Assembly: GCA_051294905.1 (NCBI GenBank)
Contig: CM119385.1
Coordinates: 12,772,001-12,836,000, forward strand
Length of the DNA stretch: 64,000 nt
Source of the DNA: Botryllus schlosseri
Lineage: Eukaryota
Reading direction: 5' to 3'
This document shows positions 46,886 to 58,573 of this stretch, one piece after another. Position 1 is the first letter of the stretch, and the number at the start of each line of letters is the position of its first letter. A program made the translations under genes and the position numbers. The notes under the pieces are model-generated. The model was not told the DNA's origin. It did no database searches and saw only the letters and a program-made list of their open reading frames with translations.

Positions 46886-47085
46886 AAGCGAGTGGCGCAG
46901 TTGGTTAAGCGCCAGCGTCACGACACCAATGGTAGTGGTTCGAATCCCGGTTCGGACCAACTTCTATGTGTCGGAGGTTTCTCTGGGCTCCTCATCGCCG
47001 ACCTCACTGCGGTTGCAGTGCATTGAAAAGCCCAGAACGAAAGTGAGCCGTGCTACAAGTCGGCAGCAAAGACCACGACGGGGAT
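46886..47085 (+). mobile_element. tRNA-derived SINE, diverged copy
   Basis: A box TGGCGCAGTTGG, B box GGTTCGAATCC, core CTGGGCTCCTC and GTGCTACAAGTCGGCAG. Confidence 0.7.
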
Positions 47086-48783
47086 GCATGGATGTGAGAG
47101 AGTCTGACGCATGAATGAGCGAAAGAGCTAAGAAGTCCCCAAGATTACTGAAGCAATGAACATTACAAATATTCGTGTCGTGGTGCACAAAGCCTGAAAA
47201 AGGCGATAAGCGCCATTGTAAATGTGCCATTAATAATAATAATAATAAAAATTAGAAACTTATATCTCCAATCCAAAATACAAGGCGTGTGACGATAGTC
47301 CCGTCCATTGATTAGAGAAATAAAACGTCAAATTTTCAATTAATCAAGAAGTTCAGAACGTATTTTTGACATGGTATCGTAATAGACATTTCATGGTCTA
47401 CGTAGGGCTATGTCACTATGGTGCAAGTGTTGTACGAAACTGTTAAAAAGTAGCCTATACTCTTAGCGGAAAAGGTGTTTATTCACGCCCAAAGGTCCGA
47501 AAAGGGTGGTGCACGAAGACGGAACCTAACTCAGAATTTTATCGTGTTCATTAAACCTATGTGCTTGTGCAGTGCATATACCTTCCTACGTGCATGCATA
47601 ATTTGGATTACAATGTTGTACTCGATTGATACCTCAGTATAAGTTTCGTGTCTCATAGGTGTATATTCACACCCGTAAAACAGGGGTTGTGCAATGTACA
47701 CGGGTGGAAATACAACTCGTCCCGGCTGGCATATGCTGTATGCAGGGTTGTGTTTAAAACAAAAATCAATTTAAAACAAACATGTTTAAAACAAGGCCCT
47801 TGCTAAAAACCTGTTTCTTTTTTCTAAGCCATGACGTCACGCATAATCAATTGTGACGTCATAGTGGATTGATATTCACAATTGAAAATATAGGTAAATA
47901 TAGCTCCTTCATTACGTATAATTGAAACACGCGTTAAATAGGGATAGATATGTTAAAATGCTGCATCGAGACCTTGCTTTTTACTCATCGTCGTCCAACT
48001 TAATGATCAGATATTTATACATGCAATTCTTTTCCAAAAATCCATAATTATTTGTGGAACACTAGTGGCACGTAGTTTAGGGGTCACTGGTTTAGAGGGG
48101 CAGGGTGAACTTGTTTCGCAATCTGTTGCAGATAAGGACTTGTGCCCAATAAGATAACCCATCATTCATATATATAGAAGTAGATTTTGTTATTTTGAAA
48201 CATCACAGGTTAACCATGTACTTCTATACACTGTCGTTAAACAAAGACTCGCAACAGCGATAAAAATGTATATCACCATCAAGTCATAGTACTCACGAAA
48301 ATGATGTATTTTTTGTTGTAGACGAGGTTTGCAAAACAAGCTATTAATGTAATGATTGGTGTACTTTGTCTTTGCAATTTCACCAATAATCGTAAAGGTG
48401 AGGCGTGGATAACAGAACAATTGACTCCAGTTCCGAAATCAATAGAAGTCTTTGCGACAATATTTGCGAGACTAATACCTGAAGGATTGTGATAGGTGAT
48501 TTGCTTCGACGAAATGCGTACGATCAAATTATTTAATGATCGCCCGCTCATACTTGATGCCGATGACCCGATTGATGTTGGACGTTGGTGAAGGATTTGT
48601 GTGAGTACGGAAACCTCATTGGTTACTTATAGACACAGTAACGGAACTTTTTTTACATTCACTGTCTTTCGAACTGATGACGTTTTGCGATCATTACTCA
48701 GATGTACCAGTCGTATATATAAATGGCTCGTCAGCTGATACGTTCTCAGGAGACATTACAAATTGAAAACAAGCTGGACTAAA

Positions 48784-51251
48784 ATGGAATTTTCACATTG
48801 CGTATTCGCGATATTGCATCTGGTCACAGCTGTTAGTGGTAGGTTTTTGTTCTTGTTTTAATGTACAGAAACAATCGAGATTGGTAATTTATCAGGAAAA
48901 GTCTTTAGCGGTAAAATTTGAAACCTTGGAGCATAAGTTGTCAGCGAGACTTCGAATTATGTTTATGTCTTAAGAATTGATAAAAATTTCTTCATAACAG
49001 CAACATGCAACTACAACAACATCATATCTGTTACGCCGCGGCATTCGAGAATAGTCAAGAATAAAGACAGTCACACAGTTTCATTGATCGTCAATGTTAA
49101 TAGAAATGAAAGAGACAATAATGTCACCGTGAGTTGGGAAGGAGGTGTGAGGAGTCTAATCTCTATTACACCGGGGGAGGTGTGCACCAGCGAATACGAA
49201 TATTTAGTAGACACTTCGAGTTTCAAGCCATCTTCTTCGCACGAGTATTATTTTACCGCAAACGAAACGCTATCTCCGTTTGACAACGCGGAGACGACAG
49301 TTGAGATATTTGTAGAAGATGATGGAGGTATGTTTTCGAATTCAAGTTCCTTTGTTCACGACATTTAAAGTTTTAATCGACTGTTACTCAACCTTATCAA
49401 GTATGGAATGTGACTCATAAATCATGACAAATTGGCTAAGAATAAATAACGAATTAAGATCATATTTTATCCGTCGTTTAAAATCTTTAAATACAATTAT
49501 ACATATTACAATAGATTTGAACATGCATCAAATTTCACTAATGGGAAGTTGCATATAGCAGAAATGATTATAATCAAATCAATATTCGTCTTGTTGCCAT
49601 GATATATCATACATTATAGCTGTTGTATACGTGCGACTCTATCGGCGCACGGGTAGGCTACTCTCTACGGCAGCCTACCATGTATCGCATATTTCCTACG
49701 ATATCCAGTCACAGCACTATATCGTTCACGGCTGACTATGGGCAAGTCGCGAATTGTAACAATCTACCAAGGCATCATCGATCCTACAGTGTGCCATAAT
49801 TATCCCATACCTGTTGGACCTTGGAAAGAAATGAATTTAGATGTGATTAGGCTACTCTTTTAGGGCCACTAACTCCTCGCAGCGATCGATCATTGCATTT
49901 TATCGTTTACGTTTAAGGCAGCATTAACTTCAGGACGGGCGGTTGCGCGTATATAGGGCCAGTGGTTTAAGTTTTACAGCTGTAGTGCAGATGGGCTTCG
50001 GGTTCGAGTCCTACATTAGGACGCCTGCTGTGTTGGAAATGTGTCTTCGGTCCACATTACCATCATAATGTGGGCACTGGGCATGGGAATTGATGTCCAA
50101 CGACCAACGACTTATCAGATTTTTTCTTATCGAATCTTTTCGAAATATTTCAGAAGAGGAATCGGCCACATCAATTGCAACAATTGTCGCGATTTCGATT
50201 CTCTTCTTCGTAATAATGGTCGGACTACTCTCGTTTCTAGTCGTCTGCTGTTGGTGAGTCTGAGTATGCAGCATTGTAGCAATGTAGCATACAAGTTCAC
50301 CTAATCCAGGGACGGGAAAAGTCGGCTGGCGACAAATTCTTGCTAGGCGCGTGAAAGCCTTGGACAATAATATAAAAATTACGATAAAACCAATTAAATA
50401 TTTAATTACAAAAAAGACTTCATTACACCTTGGATTGGAGCGCAAATAGCAATACTTCGGTAATTCGGCATTGAAATGTGAGATAATCCGATGTACAGAA
50501 CCTGACTTTATAATTATAAGAGGGCGACTTCACAACCGACCGCTTAACGTTGAAGGCGTTCCCGTGAAACGTTCTGAAAAGACCAACATACGTTGCCTTT
50601 TGATCCTACTAATAATAGCGTCATCTATTGGCTTACTGATATTGGTTACATGAAAAAGAATCCCTGTGCAAATTACCACCTAGAATCCAAGATATAATAT
50701 AATATAATATAATAATATAATATAATGCCTGCTGTTATCCATCACATTAAAGATACTTTGGTATTTTTCCGACCATGCCGATTTCATTGTACTTTTGTGA
50801 CAATGTTGTGGGATGGTCATAACTTCGGAAATGTGCTATTTCCAGTAACGTTCGTTGCTTTGTACTCTACGTTTCGTATGCTACGATACGGCTAATCAAG
50901 GTTTCAAGGCTTCAACAGTGAAATTAGTATCGAAACTATTTCTCGCTGATAAATTAACTTTCAGAGACGAGGAGCGTATAATTTCGGTACTAGAAAATAT
51001 CGTCGTTTACTACTCGACTCGAATCATTAAAATTAATACTCGATTCGCATTCGAGTACTCGAATCATTGTGCCCAGCCCTAATTATGATCACATTGATTA
51101 GAGCTTATTACCATTACCAAATGCTTTTTTTTGGGGTCACAGGAAAAGAAATTTTGACGAAAGGACGAAGTATGATTCCGAAACTAGTACCGAAGCTTCG
51201 TCGTTTGAGAATAAACGATTCAGCACGACTTCTTCGAATGAAGACGTTTGA
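48784..51251 (+). CDS. Orphan type I membrane protein: signal peptide, one atypical Ig-like domain, TM, short tail (196 aa)
   Basis: Exons 48784-48838 (MEFSHCVFAILHLVTAVS, phase 1), 49001-49327 (phase 1-1, 109 codons), 50154-50253 (TM IATIVAISILFFVIMVGLLSFLVVCC, donor GTGAGT) and 51143-51251 (WKRNFDERTKYDSE...SSNEDV*); 591 nt in frame with canonical splice sites. Confidence 0.6.
50727..51081 (-). mobile_element. Truncated copy of the 45446-45958 MITE
   Basis: Reverse-complement match over ~350 bp, ending GTGCCCAGCCCTA. Confidence 0.75.
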
Positions 51252-51894
51252 AGAATGATTGCTTCCTGACGAAATTGCATCAATAATTGTATAAAATCAT
51301 CATATATCAGAATGAGTCCTTTCTCCGCATGGTAGGTCCTCGCGGCAGTTACATATAGTAAATCACTCGGGAAAAGTGAGGAATTCAGGAATCGAAGATA
51401 AAAAAATCTGAAAGAATAAGCAAGAAGTCCGTGGTGGTCAAAATGATCGATATTTTACCACTAAACGAAAGCCAAGAAACAGCTGCTTCAGAAATCGCAA
51501 CCAACTGTAACTTGGTAGTCCTTCCCACTGATATAATAGCTACCCAAAATACCTGCATCGATAGGCCATTTGCAGGACTTTGCTCACGTGATTGGTTGTG
51601 CAATGTGGAATATGCATATTATAAAATAAACGATTGATTGGTTAGCAAGCTACTATAATATGCACCTCAGCCTATATTGAAGTTCCCATTTTAAATCTTC
51701 GTTTTAGGGTCTTCAACGTATCATAATCTTGAGTCGATAATATTTTCAGACTTTATTGACTACGTTATTGACTACGACTATTCCGTTATTGCAATGGTAA
51801 AAATCACAGAAATAGCCTACTTGCTGTTGTGCAGTGGTATCGTGGCACCTAACATTGCGATCAAGTTAGCCAAATAAGTTAGTCAAGTGTACAA

Positions 51895-52240
51895 TAGGGC
51901 TGTTCAAAAATAACTTTTTGTTCTGGATTCCAGTCGGTCTGTCATTAAATTGTCAGGTTACCCTAAAAAACACTGCACACTAAATTTGGTTCAATTCTAA
52001 CAAGTATAGGGCTCCGCAGATCCAATTAAAATTTTTAATTTAAACAGGAAAATTAAAAAATAAAATTTTCAAATTTTTCTGTCAATCCCATGAAATTGTT
52101 GAGCTGTCTTCAGAGACTATGCAAAACAAATTTGACTCAATTCCAACTAGTAGAAGTGGAGTTATTGGAGTTTTTCGTTGATAACCCTCGGATTATTCAC
52201 CAATCAAGGATAATCCGAGAAATATCAACGAAAAACTCCA
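51895..52240 (+). mobile_element. Half copy of the 40182-40757 foldback MITE
   Basis: TAGGGCTGTTCAAAAA start, shared AATTTGACTCAATTCCAAC block and the central GATAA..GGATTAT hairpin. Confidence 0.7.
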
Positions 52241-53194
52241 CTGTACACTGTACAAGACACCTACTCATGCTTAGTGCTCATTTCATTGCGATACAATAGT
52301 TACAGGGTTGCCATCGACATGGACCCAAAAATAAGGACAGGCGAAAAATTAGATTGGCATGAAAAAGCGTTTTTGTACATTCTTTGTATTTATACGAGCC
52401 GTGGCATATCACATTCCATACTTTTCACCAGAAACAATCTGCTCCAGCAACTCCTTGTTATTAGAAAGTGCTTCATTGATCTCACGACAGCTCAGGTCTA
52501 GGTTTACCTTCACTCAGGACCGAAACAGCACTTCGTCAACCCCCCTAAAAAACCGTTGGTCTTGCCGCCACCCCCCCCCCCCCTAGGATGATAAACCAAA
52601 CTTCTTCACCTCGTTAGAGTCGTCAACCAACATGGAAAAATGCCGTACACCAAGTTTAGACAAAATCCTTTTTGAGCGTATGGAGCAAAGACTCTAGTAA
52701 AAATGCTTGTAGTCTTGGTCCTGACTGAAGAAAACTTATTTTCAATGTTGGAAGCGGGGATTATTGCTTTGAACAAATGCGATTTGCAACCGTTGGTGAG
52801 GAATGATTGCTGGTGTTTGACAGTATGGAATGCCCAGGTATACCCTCTGCAGTAGCTGCCTTGTATGTAGTCTGCGGTCGTTGGTGCTGATCGACTTGTG
52901 GAAAAATTATTCATCGACTGGCTCAAATTAATCATCATGATACACTTCTTGTGTTTTCGGGTATCAATGTGAGTTGAAATAGCTGTCTTTCCTATGGCCT
53001 CCAGGTTGATGTCACAATTCAAGCTTGAATTTTCTATCATAATCGTCACGACAGACGTTTTTACGCCTGTTCATTTAAACCAGCGGTTCTCAACCTTTTT
53101 TGACACGCGCCCCCCTTGGCGATGGTAAAAAAATCCGCGCCCCCTGACCCCCCTTGCATTTATCGTCATGTCAAAAGGAGCACATCATCTAATA

Positions 53195-53726
53195 CAGAGG
53201 TGGACAACCTTCTTGCTAATCCTGCCCGCATTTCGATTACTTATGTAGCGTAAGGCCGCATTCCAGGGCATGGCCGCAACGAACGATCTGGACGCAAAAT
53301 ACCTATTGTAAACTGTCCATATCCATTTCCGGTGAACTCCGGACTATTCTACATTTCACAACGGCCCATTGTACGCACCGGAAGCGTGAGTGGCAATGTT
53401 ATGAATAGGTGCTGGGAGTGCATATTGTCGCGCGGAGCGCGAAAATTTTTCAGAGCCGCGAATGAATTGTTATTTTTTGACGATTCCCATTCCGGCTCAG
53501 ATTAAGAAGAGCGCTACTGCATTAAGATCAAAAAATGAAGTCTTGTTGAATTGCGCGGAGCGCGAAGAAAATTTCAAGATTAAATAAAATCTCTCGAAAA
53601 TTCGGGAGTGAATTCGCGAATTCGTAATTTCAATTTGCATGTCTGCGGCCGCCAACACATGATAATTGAATTAGGCATCGACGGCCGCACGAATACCCTT
53701 CTACGGCCGCAGGCTGCCCACCCATG
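53195..53726. mobile_element. Nested hAT MITE (532 bp)
   Basis: CAGAGGTGGACAACC ... GCTGCCCACCCATG; perfect TSD ATCTAATA. Confidence 0.85.
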
Positions 53727-54036
53727 ATCTAATAGTATACATATGGTATATCTTACGCCAATTTTGAATCCGCATTCCAGTTGTTGAGTCTTTTACATTG
53801 CTGACAAATTTCCCCGAACTTGTTTGAAAATAACAAAAAAAAACATTGAACAGGACATCAATTAATTTCAATGTAGGTTACACTGAGACTAATCCTGATG
53901 CTGGTAGTGACTACAGAGAGCACGGCGTCGTTCTGTCCTGCCATGCTAAATCTCATCAGTTTTGGAAATGAATTGAATTGTGTTGATTTATAGCCTAATT
54001 GAGGGCGAAATCGGGCAACCTATATTGCATCTATGC

Positions 54037-55176
54037 TAGGGTTACCATATTTCTGTGACCCAAATTCCGGACACCCTTTAGCGCCCACTAGTGGATTTCA
54101 AAATGAGTTATGACATAACACTAGCAAAGCTTTGCTCGTAAACCAGAGGTGGTCACGATCCGGTTCAGGAGTATGTGGTTGTGTGTTGTGTAACCGGGAC
54201 CGAAAGCACATGTTTTCAGCCCCTTCCCGCCCAAATCAACAATGATTTTGAGCCCATCATAGGGTAATCGATGCAGCTTCTGGAGGGGGGCTTGCTATAT
54301 GGATCTGGTTTCCATATGCATCTTGTCGTTAAATTTTTTGAATGAATTCTGTCAATAATATTGGTTGTTCGGTTGTTCCATATATTACTATAGATAGTTA
54401 CTACTCTCCGCGCACATGATCAGAGTTAGCGGTAGAGCTGGTGGAGGATGATGAGTTCGAAAATACAGGAGGCGTAATTGTAGCCTACATATCGTTAAGT
54501 CATGTTCATACCCAACCGATAAGATCGTTTATCAGCCTTATGCCGGTGCGTACCACGGAGCTTGATAAACACCCCACATCCAGTGGTTTCCAACCTTTTA
54601 TGGTCGCGACTCCATCTCCAATTTGAAAATGTTTCGTGGCTCAGATCAAAAGTTGACGAGCTGATTACTTAAAGAAGTCAGCACCTTTGCCCGGACTTAC
54701 TCACGCGCTATATTGGAAGCTTATTACGTTCAACATATTCGCGAACCCAAGAATAAGGCAAAAGACCCCCACGTTTGGAACCACTATCTTTGAATAAAGC
54801 ATTTAAACGGCCTTAACGATCTCTAGGAATATACCGTTCTCCTATAATTGCGATTACAATTAGGCTTATTCCAGTAAATGAGGGTTGTTTTTATTTATAT
54901 TTTATTGCAGTTTTTGCGAGGGTGTGGTAGTCTTCATATTAAAATCAATAAATGTGATAGGAAATCGCGCTCAGCGCGAAGAAAAATATCATGCATCAGC
55001 ATAAATATTCCCAAAAATTATGTTTTTATGGTGATTTACGAAAAAATTATGAGCCTACGTCGTCAAATATTCGAAATTCCGGACATTTGGCATATTTTGG
55101 AAATTCCTCCCGGACGCTAGTTTGAACAGTGAAATTCCGGACATGTCCGGGAAATTCCGGACGTATGGCAACCCTA
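54037..55176. mobile_element. Nested hAT MITE (1140 bp) with TCCGGACA subterminal repeats; itself carries a ~200-bp CAGTGGTTTCCAACC insert (54581-54786)
   Basis: TAGGGTTACCATA ... TATGGCAACCCTA; perfect TSD ATCTATGC. Confidence 0.85.
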
Positions 55177-56608
55177 ATCTATGCCTGCCTTAGGCAGTGC
55201 ACTTCGCCAGCTATTAACAACAGCTACCTAGCGCACCGAGATTTAGGCTACTGCCAAAGCTAAAAAGTAATGAATGACTTGCACGTAGGAATTGCTCTAA
55301 ATCTTCAAAGAATATCAAAAATTTGCTCAAATTAAGTTGAAGTCAGCCTATACTCCATTGAGCGCGACTGCTGGAGTTTGAGTTTGGTAGGCTTTCTAGA
55401 ATACGAAATGAGCTTAATCTTCAACAATCGTCTTTTCAGAATGGTTGTGAAACACATGTTTAGTCACAATTTATACAGACTTTGTCAATTTCGCGCGCCC
55501 CCCAGGTTGAGAACCCCTGATTTAAACTAATCAGATTTAGCCTTATTTGTAGCTAAAACTTTATGCGCAAGTGCAATATAATTTAGAAAAATTTATCAAT
55601 TATTTATAGCTTTACTACTTTTTAACCAATGGGTCGACTGCACTGCGCCTTTTTTCACTACACAATAAATGCTGCCTTCCCTACTGCTGAAGCTTATTCT
55701 GCTGTAGACCATACAGCAGGACCTGGTACTGCTGTTTACTGTTAAAATGACGCTCGCTACGGTAGCTTGGTACAGACGAAACTGCTATACCACCACTCAC
55801 TGCCCATAGCTATCTCACCACTTGGAAGTCTAATCTTGTGGTGTGTACGTCACGAGAGTTCCTTTCATTTATGATGTCATAAAATCTCGACGAAAAAGCA
55901 TAATTTTAGAATATTATGCAACTATAGAGACTGTAGGATGGAGCGACGACCCATTGTTCTAAGTTTAGATCCGTCACGCTTGACTTTGCGTAGTAAAATT
56001 CCATTCGCGAAAGTCCGATTGTCCTATTTTACATGTAAAAGTATAGGCGATTTCGGAAATGCATGGACGAATTTGAGTGCCGAAAAAGGGTGGAAATATT
56101 CTGGCTAGACGGTTCAAATTTTGCATGTTACGAGGAAGCATCAATATGTTCTCACTAAAAAAATTTCACGACTGTCCTCCACCCAGAACACGTTTAAAAT
56201 CAATTTCCCGCAACGCCTTATTCAGTGATAAATTCTCCGCGGCCGAATCCCGTGAACTCGTAGACAATGCTATAATTGATAAGGCTTTATGCGGTAATAA
56301 TTGAGTGGCCGTTGAAAGCCGCTGATACCGATACCAAACTATTTTCTGTGCATAAGCAACCGATGAAAAAAACGAATAGCCTACACGGAAAGCGGATGAA
56401 AAATAGCGACGAAAAGATTATCAATACATCCAAAAGATCAATATCGTACACTGTTTCATCGGGCATTAGGCCTATGTTACATTGGAAGACTGTACTTGTT
56501 CGTTTTGACATCTTCTTTTCTGTTCACTAGGCTAAATCGCATTGTCTTATATCCCGTTGCACATTTCGCGTCTTTAGCAGTAAAAATAATAGAACCGCCA
56601 CGGCAATT

Positions 56609-56994
56609 ATGGTCAACAACTGCGCCATCCCTGAATGTACCTATGTGAACAATCCGCGTAGTGACCAATCTTGTTAGAGATCCTTATTCACGGTACGAAG
56701 ACCAGAGCTGGAATGAAGCGGCCCAGAAGCAGCACGCAGCAATGGCCAGCCTCCTTCTTTCCATCAGGGACCCCTCAAAAGGAGATCGTATCAAGACGTT
56801 GCTCCATAAGGTGACGTAAGTAAAGCAGCTGTCTCAACTTCAACAGAATTAACAGTGTAATTTATAATGGAGCCGCAATCTGCGAAAATCATTTTGAGGA
56901 GAGCGATATCATTCAGCTCAAAACCAGAAAGCAACTCAAAGTGGGAGCTCTGCCTAAGCTAAATTTGCCTGAAAGATGTAGCACAATCATAAAG
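56609..56994 (+). pseudogene. Disrupted THAP-domain gene
   Basis: MVNNCAIPECTY (C-x4-C), in-frame TAG at 56675, then SLFTVRRP and later ICENHFEESDIIQLKTRKQLKVGALPKLNLP (C-x2-HF and AVPT-like box). Confidence 0.75.
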
Positions 56995-57223
56995 GTATGC
57001 GGGGTATCTCACTCAGATCAAGAAATCAATGCACCAAACGATTCCAATTGATATATTTATTCATATAGACGGCCGGCACACGGAACTAGAATATTGATTG
57101 GTATGCTATTAAATTTCATTATTAAGACCACACATTCAACAGAATTGCACAATATACCATTCCCTGCTATTGATACCAGACATTCTTGCAGTGGAAACTT
57201 TTTCCTCAGCTTGAACAAGTGCA

Positions 57224-57667
57224 TCAACAATCTTCACGAGCAAAGATGCAGCAATTAAGAAGCTGATGCTGCAGTTCAAGAAGTTTGCTTGCCTGCTGGC
57301 AAATGTTGGAGTAGTATTGATAAATACCATCAGTACCAACGTCACAGAACACAGCATTCAAGCGTTTGACAAGTGGAACAATAAGATTTAAATCCAATTC
57401 CTCAAATCGTGGTCCACACCCGGAAATAGAATGACAATTACGGCAAGCAATCTTCAAAATGTTCATTACTCGGTCGATGTCAATTTGCTCAGTTGGTGAC
57501 GGGAGCTTATGCACTTTCCCGTGCTTCTTGAGTTCCCTTACAGTGGGAAATATGGCTTCACAGACGTCACAACTTATTCCACTCCACTCATCCAATCCTT
57601 CGAAGCATTGGGAAATTTCCTCCTCGGTGATGGATTCCCAATCCTCCCACAATGATTCTTCGGCCAT
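57224..57667 (-). CDS. 147-aa ORF with acidic N-terminus and a C2H2 zinc finger; transposon accessory gene, probably frameshifted near its 3' end
   Basis: CDVCEAIFPTVRELKKHGKVH = C-x2-C-x12-H-x3-H; the overlapping frame of 57136-57357 (IAASLLVKIVDALV) looks like the continuation. Confidence 0.55.
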   Translation of the reverse strand: MAEESLWEDWESITEEEISQCFEGLDEWSGISCDVCEAIFPTVRELKKHGKVHKLPSPTEQIDIDRVMNILKIACRNCHSISGCGPRFEELDLNLIVPLVKRLNAVFCDVGTDGIYQYYSNICQQASKLLELQHQLLNCCIFAREDC

Positions 57668-58399
57668 AACTTTAACGAAGAAGTATCGGTTATAAAGGAA
57701 TCAAAATTTCTGTGAAAGCATAATACTCAGAATTTTATTTCCGTTTTGCCGTTTCATTTTCATCGCCTGCCCTTTTATTGTTATCTTCTATCATCATATA
57801 ATACGCCACTATAATAGCTATTATATCATAAATCATCGCTGGTATTCACCGATCGTGCGCATTGCGCAGCGATATACCGGCATATTCATCGCTTCGTACG
57901 GCAACAAACGCAAGACCGTCACGCAAGTATCCAAGATATTCACTAATCAGGCCAAACATATTAGGACGTCCAATTAGTCACGGAGTCCGTTATAAGTATT
58001 CAACCTCCAATACTCCGACCCACTCCCATCTACAAACATGCATTAAAGAACAAAAACTCAACTTTCCACCGTCTGAATTGCATGTGGGATTAATAGTGGT
58101 ACACGTAACAATGGGTAGCTCCCTACGCAAAGCGGAGCGTGACCGATCTAAAGGGAGTTGAAAATATTATTGCGCGCAGTGTAAATAGAGTAGTTCAACT
58201 TATATAGATATTTCGGTATATCAATGCACTAATACCAGTATAATATAAAATATTCATAGTAATATGGGCAATAATACCATAAATATTCATTTTTACAAGA
58301 TAATTGCTGCAAAACCATGCAAACAAAATATGTTGCGGATGAATATTAATTAGGCATTTAAATCAGTCGTCACTCCATCCTACAGTCTCTATAATGCAA

Positions 58400-58573
58400 C
58401 ACAGATACCGGAGGAAAACGATCGAAGTTCTGTAGCGGTCGAAAATAAGACAAAATAAGAACGCAAGTCGAAAATAAGGACATTTCCTAGAAATAAGGAC
58501 AGTAGAGTTTTCTAAGACGTGGCCCTTCAAAATAAGGACAAATCTTAGAAATAAGGACGGTATGGCAACCCTA
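58400..58573 (-). mobile_element. hAT terminal fragment with AAATAAGGAC subterminal repeats
   Basis: Ends ...ACGGTATGGCAACCCTA, the same terminus type as 54037-55176. Confidence 0.55.

Larger units (their letters stand above)
53081..55519. mobile_element. hAT (Buster-type) element hosting nested hAT insertions
   Basis: CAGCGGTTCTCAACC ... GGTTGAGAACCCCTG; perfect TSD ATTTAAAC (53073-53080, 55520-55527). Confidence 0.85.
55968..58148. mobile_element. 2.2-kb internally deleted two-gene DNA transposon (THAP gene + convergent C2H2 gene; Kolobok-like by inference)
   Basis: 26-bp TIR GATCCGTCACGCTTGACTTTGCGTAG vs reverse complement GATCGGTCACGCTCCGCTTTGCGTAG (22/26); flanks TTTA / TAAA; encloses both ORF remnants. 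Confidence 0.7.

Noticed and set aside
46886-46960. tRNA gene
   Set aside because: A and B boxes are present but the sequence continues into the SINE body and lacks a closing acceptor stem and poly-T terminator.
47832-47861. Tandem CREs upstream of the Ig-like gene
   Set aside because: Two TGACGTCA sites are real, but they lie in a stretch that looks repeat-derived ~900 bp from the ATG; there is no independent support for function.
50011-50445. 144-aa minus-strand ORF with a hydrophobic segment
   Set aside because: It is the antisense shadow of the + strand TM exon 50154-50253, which has proper splice sites and fits a complete gene model.
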